A stretch of DNA of 34,577 nucleotides from the NCBI GenBank assembly GCA_000934665.2, contig JYFJ02004135.1, positions 1-34,577 of the forward strand, read 5' to 3'. Under the pieces are notes generated by a model. The model saw only the letters and a program-made list of their open reading frames with translations. It was not told where the DNA came from and searched no databases. Source of the stretch: Catajapyx aquilonaris. Taxonomy: Eukaryota. Shown here one piece after another: positions 12,504-21,292 of this stretch. Each line of letters starts with the position of its first letter. Positions within the stretch are counted from its first letter, which is position 1. The position numbers and the translations under genes are program-made.

Positions 12504-12719
12504 CAGTCCCGCTCATAAAGAATGGTACGACTCTACGGACGACGTGTTTATTCTGACTATCCAGCATTATTCCCAACCTGATTTCGTTGCAACACTATGG
12601 ACAACTTGTCCTAGATCTCTTGTGACCCATATGCTGTGGCATATCGTGGCAGGGGCAGTTGCCCCGGGCGCCAAAATTTAGGGGGCGCAAAATGAGAGAG
12701 GGAGAGAGAGAGAGAGAGG

Positions 12720-12762
<43 letters not shown>

Positions 12763-13294
12763 AACATTATTTCATTCACCTAAGCTTGTGACCTTCAACC
12801 CCCCAAAAAATTTCGCCTGCGCCGGGCTTATTGTTCCCCCCCTCCCCCCTCCCCTTTGGATTTTTCTGGGTGTGTCACTGTTTCGTTCGCTTCGTATTGT
12901 TCCGGGCTCTGTTCATCAACGTGATACAATTTGTATACATAAGAATGGCAAGGGACAGTGACCATTGTTGNGGGGGGGCGCAATTCTCCCCCCTTGCCCC
13001 TCCTGCCAAAAACTCACGGTACGCCACTGCCCATATCACCCCCTCCCGACTTTTTCCCAAATTTTTTATTGCCAAAATGTTCAACCTGGTACAATGTTGA
13101 CATAGATTTGAGATGAATTTCCCCCCTTAAATTTTCTTACTTTGCCTTGTATTTTTCTTCTCTTTTTTTCTTGATTTTAATTGCCTTTTCCCAGCCTTCC
13201 TCATGACCCCTAAAAACATGCTGGTGACCCAGGGGTTGGGAACAGAATAAACATTTTGTCCATAGAGTCGTGCCATTCTTTATGAGCACATAAT
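12504..13294. mobile_element. Tc1/mariner-type MITE (CAGTCCCGCTCATAAAG family) carrying a nested hAT MITE
   Basis: TA-CAGTCCCGCTCATAAAGAATGGTACGACTCTA ... TAGAGTCGTGCCATTCTTTATGAGC; collinear with copy 19691-20148; last few bases of right end degenerate. Confidence 0.85.
12634..13029. mobile_element. hAT-type MITE with internal (AG)n microsatellite (12694-12759)
   Basis: Termini CTGTGGCATA / TACGCCACTG; 8-bp TSD CCCATATG / CCCATATC; absent from the sibling host copy at 19691. Confidence 0.85.
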
Positions 13295-13538
13295 GTGGCA
13301 TCTACAATAGTTATATTTTAAAAACGAGCTAGAATTGCTAAATATCCACCTTATGTCCAAAGTAAACCATTGCATGTGTCTGTACTGAATGAATCATTTA
13401 ACTACAGGAAAGGATGAGTCATTCACCAATAGGATAACCCAAAGGTTGATGTAGACAGTTTCTACTTTACACTCTAGAATCAAGAGTCTAGAACCTGGTT
13501 GGATGCTGTTTTTTAAGCAAGTAATTAATGCCGTAGGG

Positions 13539-13789
13539 CAGTGCTTCCAATTTTTTTTCCGTTGGTGACCCCAAAAAATTGTCACGTAAAATTCGCCACC
13601 TCTCCCTCCCCGCTCAGATGTGGGTAAGCAGTGAAATGAAAATCATTGACAACTATTGTCGAATATCTGAATTGTTCAGTAACTTTATGGACGTAATTTT
13701 CAAGAGAGTATCATTTTGTGAAAATAATTTGTTACCCTTTCTCGCGACCTCAAATATTAAGTTTGCAACCCACAGTTTGGGAAGCCCTG
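13539..13789. mobile_element. hAT (Charlie-like) MITE
   Basis: CAGTGCTTCCAA ... TTGGGAAGCCCTG; 8-bp TSD ccgtaggg / acctaggg (6 of 8). Confidence 0.7.
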
Positions 13790-14108
13790 ACCTAGGGAGT
13801 GAAAATATTTTCTTTCGTATAGCCTTGCTTCACATTATGCCACTTGAGAACAAAGATGCATACACTTATGGTGGTGTTGACCTCTTCGTTTTTGCATTGA
13901 GTGAGAATACTTGAAGCAATATTTTCAGATGTATATGGAATATGGTTCTATCAGTCCAACAAGAATTGTCGCAGCGGCAGCGCACGAACTACAATCTACG
14001 AGCACAGGGACACGAGAGACTGTAGTTCGTGTGCTGCCGCTGCGACAATTCTTGTTGGACAGCAGGTACTTGCAAGAAACTATTGTGATCTAATATTAGA
14101 CGTTTCAG

Positions 14109-14344
14109 TTACCAGTGCAGCAGGGCTTCAAGCACAGCTTCAAGCACGACTTCAAGCACGGCTTCCAGCGCAGGTGCTAGATCATGCCTCACCTGTTGGT
14201 CCAAATGAGCTGCCTCCACCATATACTGTCTCAGCCCCTGGAGGTGGTCCAGTCATCACTTGTCGTGTATGCCAGGCCTCGATTGACATCTCTGGCAAGC
14301 GGGAGCAGCATGTGGTCAAGTGCACTCATTGCAACGAAGCCACT
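14109..14344 (+). CDS. PIP4P: PIP4P/TMEM55 exon 2 (acceptor position uncertain)
   Basis: Encodes ...ELPPPY...[31 protein letters not shown]; donor gtgagt at 14345. Best acceptor is gtttcag at 14107-14108, but other phase-1 AGs exist downstream. Confidence 0.88.
14126..14173 (+). repeat. 12-bp coding tandem repeat x4 ([16 protein letters not shown])
   Basis: CTTCAAGCACAG CTTCAAGCACGA CTTCAAGCACGG CTTCCAGCGCAG. Confidence 0.9.
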
Positions 14345-14983
14345 GTGAGTTGTGTTCAAATTGACAATTGACGAGTATGGCAAAAAGGCATGAGCTGGTT
14401 TCAAGGAAATGTAGGATATTTATGGAATATGGAACTTGATTGCTTTCCAATTATTTTATAGGCCTATAACCTATTTTTAAAAATCTACTTGGCAAGGCTA
14501 TGGTTATAAACATTCTTGTACTGTAAAACGGCTTGAGCAATTGGTTTTTAAGATATGTATTTTTCAATGGATTTGAAACCTATCTCAGCTGGTACATTGT
14601 AAAAATTAAGTTCTTACAATTTGTCCGCATCACCTGCCCTGATAATTTTATTTTACATTTATTGTATGGCAACCAGATTCAGTCTGGCTTGATCCTGAGA
14701 CATGTTAGAAATAATGAGTAGCTTATAAAAATTTTATGGAGGACTTCATAAAATTATGCAGGAGAGATTTTCACGTTCCTTTGTTGTTTGCATCACATTC
14801 TGCCCAAAAAGATATCACTTGAATGAGGGCCCTCTGAAAAGGGGCATAAGGAGCAATAATTGCCCTTTTCCAGACCAACCCTGTAACAAAATGCCCAATA
14901 TTTTGTACCTAGGTGGTGCATGCAATTCATTGTCCTTTTATGGAAAGGTTGTGATTTAAAATTTCAGCATTTCCACATTTATT

Positions 14984-15329
14984 TTATTTATTTTATTTTA
15001 TTTTTAAAAGTTACCCCGTGATAGGACCATAGGCCCTTTTAGGGGGGTGGCACACCACCATCAGTTTTCTAGTATTTTCATAATCTTTTTTCTTCAAACT
15101 CCGGTGCAAGGAAACAAGGAAATAGGGTAAGGGTGGGGATTTTTGGGGAGGGAACATGGGTACAAGTGCAGTGTCGGTAAATGGGTCATGTGTCCCCAGG
15201 AGGTTAGGTTGGCAGGTCAGAGACCCTCCTGACGCAGGCGAAAGGGAACACCCAGGCGGGGATCGAACCTGGGACCTTTCGCTCAGCAAGCCGAGACGTT
15301 ACCATCTCGGCCACCACACCTTCCCTGCG
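14984..15329 (-). mobile_element. tRNA-derived SINE (family B)
   Basis: Minus strand A box TGGCCGAGATGG, B box GGTTCGATCCC, (TAAAA)n tail; 14-bp TSD TTTCCACATTTATT at 14970-14983 and 15330-15343. Confidence 0.88.
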
Positions 15330-15533
15330 TTTCCACATTTATTACCACTCAATATGAGTTATTTGCTCCATAAGGATTTAGGTTCTAGAATACACATGAA
15401 TTTTCAATTGAATATGGAACATGCAGTTTAACCTCAATTGAACATGTAGGAACATCATATTGTGGAGAAATGTTTTTTCCCAACATCTGTGGTGATGGTA
15501 CCTTTTCTAGCTGTTTTCATTACATTATTGCAG

Positions 15534-15743
15534 CCAATACGAAGCGCACCTCCTGGGAAGAAGTATGTGAGGTGCCCATGCAATTGCTTGCTGATCTGCA
15601 AGAGCTCTTCACAGCGCATTGCCTGTCCTCGCCCCAACTGCAAACGGGTTATCAATCTTACACCGAGTCCTGTCACACCACCCATGCCCAATGTCCCTGG
15701 GATGTGCCGTGTCACCTGTGCTCACTGTCACGACACGTTTCTG
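15534..15743 (+). CDS. PIP4P: PIP4P/TMEM55 exon 3 (CX5R motif)
   Basis: Acceptor ttgcag, donor gtaaga. Encodes [42 protein letters not shown]...[12 protein letters not shown], the family signature including CKSSSQR. Confidence 0.96.
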
Positions 15744-15770
15744 GTAAGAAAACTCATGTGTTGGCATTGA

Positions 15771-16061
15771 TCTCAGTCTCCAACTGGTGTTGTGTGGAAC
15801 CCCAGGGTTCCGCAAAGATATATGTGGTTATGGACATATTAGTCAAGTAAATGTCCTAATATCAATGCAGTACTTATGTAATTCCCATGCCAGAAAAGCA
15901 GAAACTGGAAGTTGGGCCTCATGCATGTAATAAATTAGAGGCAAGTACCATGTTCTTAAGTAGGAATTCATAACAGTGGTAATGCTGGGCGATATTTTAT
16001 GGGGTTGCAGCACAGTTTGTGTAAAAGGGTTCCGTGACAAGAAAAAAGTTGAAGACTACTG
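15771..16061. mobile_element. Degenerate hAT (Charlie-like) MITE
   Basis: agtctccaact / agttgaagactactg ends with subterminal GGAACCC / GGGTTCCG motifs; no clear TSD. Confidence 0.45.
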
Positions 16062-16215
16062 ATCACGATGTGGTCAAATACTTTGACACAGTAACTGCCA
16101 GTTGCACTAGTGCAAGAATCAAGTTTAGGTATGGGTTTGCCCTGTTATTAATTTTTAGGTTCATTGTTGTCCACTATTAATAAGAAGGGCAAACTCACAC
16201 TTGAACCTAAATATT

Positions 16216-16474
16216 ATTTATTTATTTATTTATACCCCATTGGGAGAATCGGCGCTCCATTAGGGGGGTGGAGTACCATTGGATGGGGCCAAGGATAGGG
16301 AAGGAAGGAAGGGGCTGTGGCCTTTTATACGGAAACAACCCCGGAATTAACCTAGGGGGGACCGTGGCAAACCACAGGAAACCACGTTCAGGGTTGCCGG
16401 CCCCGGGATTCGAACCCAGGACCTCCCGATTAGCAATCGGGCTCCTTAACCACCACACCAACTTGCTTCGGTAT
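16216..16474 (-). mobile_element. tRNA-derived SINE (family C)
   Basis: Minus strand A box TGGTGTGGTGG, B box GGTTCGAATCCC, (TAAA)n tail; perfect 16-bp TSD CTTGAACCTAAATATT at 16200-16215 and 16475-16490. Confidence 0.92.
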
Positions 16475-16682
16475 CTTGAACCTAAATATTCCACAAGGCT
16501 GTTTGAAGACGGTTCGTGCATAATTAAATTGTAATTTCAGTGAAGTAGTGGATTTCATATCTAAATGCCTTGAGGCTTTTCACACTAATTTGTCACTGAG
16601 AGTCGCACTGTTGTAGGTACAATGAAAAAAGGAAAGAGAAATGACCCACATGTACCTGTACTAAATGGACAGCACTTGCATG

Positions 16683-17124
16683 CTGTGTGTTTCAGAATTG
16701 AGCTGACAGTAGTATCGGTGGGAATTTCTTGGACATTCCTGCATCAGAGGGAGTGGTCCTCCAGTGTCTAAAGCCTGTTTCACACTGGCTGAGTTTCTCC
16801 GATGGGGATATTTCCGGACAAGAAATTAAGCCAGTGTGGAGCGCGTCTCCTATCCAGTTGACGTCACCATGCGGATTTGAAAACTCAGCCGATTTTCAAT
16901 TTTCTCCAACGGAGTCTGGCTGGATTTTTCTGTGCGAGAAACTCAGCCAGTGTGGAGCGGGCTTTAGTGTACCTGAAAACACAGGCAGGAGGACCCAAGG
17001 CTTACTAACACTACTCTTCCCTTTCCCCCTCTTTCCGCATTCTTTTGCAGTCTGGGGGCCAAAGTGACTTATGGGCATATGCAGAATATCCACTGATATG
17101 TGAGGTCAATTCTGAAGCACATGG
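16683..17124. mobile_element. Tc1/mariner-type MITE hosting a Harbinger-like MITE
   Basis: tgtgtttcagaattgagctgaca..tatcggtgg / ccactgata..tgtgaggtcaattctgaagcaca inverted ends. Confidence 0.65.
16772..16963. mobile_element. PIF/Harbinger-like MITE
   Basis: 28-bp TIR AGCCTGTTTCACACTGGCTGAGTTTCTC / GAGAAACTCAGCCAGTGTGGAGCGGGCT flanked by TAA and TTA. Confidence 0.7.
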
Positions 17125-17146
17125 TACAGTATATGTAATCTCTCTA

Positions 17147-17384
17147 CTGTGTTTCAGAATTTAGCTTACAACTGCATCGGCGAAAATGTTGTGTACATCC
17201 ACAAGTCCTGTTGGCACCCTGAAGGGGAGGAAAAAGAGACATGAATTGCCAAGGGTCTGCACAGGGGAGGTGCACGTTCTTCTGACAGACTCAAATTTGG
17301 CACACTCAGGAATACCAACTTGATGCAGGAGAGTCTGCAACATTTCAACTGATATGGGTGTAAGCTAAATTATGAAGCACAGGG
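17147..17384. mobile_element. MITE related to 16683-17124, opposite orientation
   Basis: TA-flanked; CTGTGTTTCAGAATTTAGCTTACA / TGTAAGCTAAATTATGAAGCACAG, arms about 45 bp. Confidence 0.75.
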
Positions 17385-17803
17385 TAGATGCTACAGTGTA
17401 ACTCTCAAGTGGTGAAATGAGGTCTGTCAAATGAATGAATGATGATGATATGATTGGTGCAAGATTGATGCATGAATGACATTTTACTGTTAGATCATCA
17501 CTGTACTCTGATCAAGACTCTCGGAATAAGGGTATTCACTTACATTTCCTGCCCTTTCTCATATGGAAACCTACATACTACTTGAGTTCATCTACATTGT
17601 TGGGTTAAAAAAAAAAAAATCTTGGGGAAAATGAGCTGGAAGTTGTTGTCATCCAGTAGGTAACTGCAAATACTGCATAATGACATTCTGTGAATAGGGA
17701 ATGCATGCAGTGTCAATGATTAATATTTACAGTTCTTTCAGACTCCACGAATATTGCTTTGCCTTGCACTACAATGCATGCTTCCAGATCAGTATTCCTA
17801 CTA

Positions 17804-18388
17804 CAGTGGAACCTCGTACTTCGAACGCCCCTAACTTCGAACGTTCCAGAGTTCGAACGCAAAATTCGAGAGAAATTAATCCAGAGTTTGAACTACTCAC
17901 ACGATGAAAACAAGCTATCGCTGCGTAAACACCATATTTTATGCGGCAAAGTCATCTCTTGCTCTCGCTGGGAAAGCATACCTTGCGTTACCCCTCGTGC
18001 ATTTTCAGTGCTTTTATCACTTTATTTTGATTGATTATTATGTAGACCAACTGTATAATGGTCCCATTCTTTTCTTCTCTGCCTTCCTCTCCACCAGCCA
18101 CATCACCCCTTCTCACTGGTACAAAAAATGCCATTTTAAATTTAACATACAGTATGTACGTATTTTATTGTTTTATTTTTAATCTGTTAGGGTATTAATC
18201 GTGTTATTTTTTACCTTAAATTATGTGTATTTACTGTTTAAGTTGATCGAAATGGGTGTTGTTTAGGGCGTAGGAACGGATTAACTCACTTTCCATTATA
18301 TCTTGTGGGGACAATTGATTCGGACTTCGAATTCAGACTTTGAATGACTTCCTGCAACGAAATCAGTTCGAAGGATGAGGCACCACTA
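17804..18388. mobile_element. Tigger/pogo-type MITE
   Basis: TA-CAGTGGAACCTCGTACTTCGAAC ... GTTCGAAGGATGAGGCACCACTA-TA, with repeated subterminal TTCGAA motifs. Confidence 0.8.
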
Positions 18389-19307
18389 TATTTACAAATG
18401 TTGTACTTATGTAATCATAGAATCGAGTTATTGGGATTTTAAAAAACCTATTGAAGTGTATGACCTCAGAGGTCAAGGGTTACCTTCTATGCCGATTACA
18501 TAATCAGAACACAGACTGCCTCATTACGCTTTGTTTTAATACCCAATGGTAGGAGTCTTTAGTTCCGTTCCTTCGTAGAGGTACAAGTGGTAGCCTGTTG
18601 GAAAAGGGTTGAACACATTCCCCCCCTTTGCAATTAAGCATGTTAATACTGTGAAGTGGAATGTGACAACCTGTGTGGAAATTGTTTATAGCACTCACAT
18701 GGCTCCTTTATTTGTAGTTCTGTTGCCAGTTGGCATGCTATCCTTGTTCTCTCAAGCAAAATGGACTGGGGAAAACTTTGATCATTAAGAATTTTTTTGA
18801 AATGAGAGGGAAAGGTGGAAGAGGCCAAGTGATTGCACAAAGTGGAGTTCAAGTTCTCCATTTAGGGTTACAAGCAGCTGTCATCTCTATCCCTAGCTTA
18901 ATTCCTCCTTGTCTGTGCTAGCTTGGGTTAATTTTGCCAAGTTTACCTTGTGGTTGGGTGAGTCACGGCAAGGGGTAAAGTTGTCAGGTGTGAAGAATGC
19001 CTAGAGAGAGAATGTTTGGTCATGAAATTTGGCTGAGATGTTCTGGAGCCATTCGCTGAGGTAGCAGAGCAGTTGAGTATACCATGTTGTAGCAATTCAA
19101 GACAGTTATCTACAGTGGTAATTTTATGTGCACCAACAGTAGAACTACTGGAAAAAGAAGTTTTTAAGCACATTCAGAGATTTGCATAATTTTAATGTAG
19201 TGGTAAATGTGACAATATGTATTTAAGTGTTAATCCGGAAACTGAAAAATTCGGTGGTATGTTGTTTTATATTAATTTTGATCCATATTTTTTCTCCTCC
19301 CATGCAG

Positions 19308-19357
19308 TTTAACACCATCAATAATGCCCTGGCCCGGTGTCCACATTGCCGAAAAGT
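19308..19357 (+). CDS. PIP4P: PIP4P/TMEM55 exon 4
   Basis: Polypyrimidine tract plus cag acceptor; encodes FNTINNALARCPHCRK; donor gtaagc at 19358, phase 2. Confidence 0.93.
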
Positions 19358-19419
19358 GTAAGCATTGATTTTTTATATGCTTGCAAAATTTGGCAGGAAA
19401 CTTAACAACTCAATTTCAG

Positions 19420-19510
19420 GTCATCTGTTGGACCCGAGTATGTGAGGAGTAGGGGCATCATCTTCATGGTGCTGGCTGTCATCTTTGTTGCTGTTGGAGT
19501 TGGTGTCACT
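19420..19510 (+). CDS. PIP4P: PIP4P/TMEM55 exon 5 (TM1)
   Basis: Follows a 62-bp intron; encodes (V)SSVGPEYVRSRGIIFMVLAVIFVAVGVGVT; donor gtaagt. Confidence 0.93.
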
Positions 19511-19545
19511 GTAAGTTGCAAGTTTTCTATTTTTGATATGCACAA

Positions 19546-19691
19546 GTATCAACGGTTCAAAAAGAATTGTCCCTCGCGTCGAGCGGGCAGCCACGTGTCA
19601 GGATGAAAGCAACCAGTTAACTGGTTCCTTTCATCCTGACGCATGGCTGCCCGCTCTACGCGAGGGACGATTCTTTTTGGACTGATGATAC
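19546..19691. repeat. Spacerless 146-bp imperfect palindrome (probable MITE)
   Basis: 73-bp arms symmetric about GTT|AAC at 19618/19619; TA at both ends, right TA shared with the next MITE. Confidence 0.88.
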
Positions 19692-20148
19692 AGTCCCGCT
19701 CATAAAGAATGGTATGCCTCGATGTACGACGTGTTTATTCTGACTATCCAGCATTATTCCCAACCTGATTTCGTCGCGACACTGTGGACAACTTGTCCTA
19801 GATCTCTGGCGACCCCTATGACCCCTTCCCGACTTTTTCCCAAATTTTTTATTACCAAAATGTTCAATCTAGTACAATGCTTGTAAGCATTGTACTAGAT
19901 TGAACATTTTGGTAAGTAACATTTAAGGGGGGAAATTCATCTCAAATCTATGTAAACATAGATTTGAGATGAATTTCCCCCCTTAAATGTTCTTACTTTG
20001 CCTTGTTTCCTTCTTCTTTTTTTCTTGATTTTAATTGCCTTTTCCCAGCCATCCTCATGACCCCTAAAAACATGCTGGTGACCCATGGGTTAGGAACAGA
20101 ATAAACATTTTGTCCATAGAGTCGTACCATTCTTTATAAGCGATACTG
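19691..20148. mobile_element. Tc1/mariner-type MITE (CAGTCCCGCTCATAAAG family) with internal double inverted duplication
   Basis: TA TSD both sides; TIR CAGT(CC/AT)CGCT(C/T)ATAAAGAATGGTA; collinear with 12504-13294. Confidence 0.88.
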
Positions 20149-20179
20149 TACCTAAATGTGATGTTGATAATTGTTTCAG

Positions 20180-20234
20180 GTTGGCACACGTAATGTGGCT
20201 CGTGGAAACCCTGGGATTATAGTGCTATATATTG
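20180..20234 (+). CDS. PIP4P: PIP4P/TMEM55 exon 6
   Basis: Acceptor gtttcag; encodes VGTRNVARGNPGIIVLYI; donor G|gtgagt. Confidence 0.9.
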
Positions 20235-20293
20235 GTGAGTTTTTCATTTTGAATGCCATGGGTCAAGATTTTTGCTAACAACGGCTTTTACAG

Positions 20294-20379
20294 GTGCTTT
20301 TCTGGTTGCCCTATTCTTCTTGTTTCGAAGTATCTACTATTTCACTATGAAAGTCAGCATTATTGAGGGACCTCTGTAA
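20294..20379 (+). CDS. PIP4P: PIP4P/TMEM55 exon 7 (TM2 and stop)
   Basis: Follows a 59-bp intron; encodes (G)AFLVALFFLFRSIYYFTMKVSIIEGPL*. The seven exons sum to 810 nt in frame. Confidence 0.92.
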
Positions 20380-21292
20380 CTGGAAGGAGCAAATGCATTT
20401 TGGTGCAAGTGGCAACAATGGTCACGGGCCAAAATATATGACCATTGTGAAGAGGACATTATTCTTGGCTTTGCTTCCCATGTCTACATGTGTTTTGTTT
20501 TTTTTTTCTAGTGCACTGGTTAATTTTTTGGGTGTCATTCTTATAGTCATAAAACATTTTTGAATGATTATGTGCAAGGTACTATTTTGAGTGCCATCCA
20601 CAAGGATTGAGCTAATTATGGAGAGTTCTACTCTCTCGTTATATGCGTTGTTAGAGGGCCCTTTTATATACAGGCGAATTACACCAATTAAAAGTTTTTC
20701 ATGGCCTCAATTGCCTAAGTGAAATGTTTCGAGCATGTTGATCATCTCGGTTTTGTAATTTTTGGATTACCGGAGGAGGTCTCGTGTAAATTGGTGTCAC
20801 AATTTCTGCGAGAACATTCCAAATTTTGGGAGATGCCTATGGTTACACATTCATTAAGCCATGTTTTTTCCCTGAATAAAGTGACTCCTTGATTGTAATA
20901 TACGGTAAATGTGATTTGGTAATTGGGTGTACAATATACATGTAGGAAATATGCATATAAAATAACATTATTAGCAAAATAATTCTGCTTTGTGTTGTCT
21001 AATAAAAGTTGTGTTTATTCACAAATTTGTTCTACTTCTGGAAAATATCAGGAAGTGGTCCGTCATAAAGTACAACATGCTGACCTTTCATGTTTTTATT
21101 TGAGAATCACCTTCATGTCACACTCACATGAGTCACATCACACTGCCTTCCTCATTGTATGACAAGTCCTACTAGTCCCTACAAGTTGTCCTCTAGTCCA
21201 TACCTACCAGTGTGGCGTACTTTATGAAGAACCCATAATGATAGCAATGCAGGTCTTAACATGTCAAAATGTTCATGCTTTCTTGGTTGACT

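Noticed and set aside
15250..16470. tRNA genes suggested by GGTTCGA motifs
   Set aside because: Both are SINE heads: followed by body, A-rich tail and TSD.
17438..17512. C/D-box snoRNA-like pattern (ATGATGA ... CTGA) in PIP4P intron 3
   Set aside because: The C box sits in a low-complexity (ATG)n run, the terminal stem is only about 3 bp, and I could not match the guide to an animal rRNA or snRNA.
18440..19180. Higher-complexity intronic stretch that might be a decayed coding element
   Set aside because: No frame gives a recognisable motif; needs tBLASTx/Dfam.
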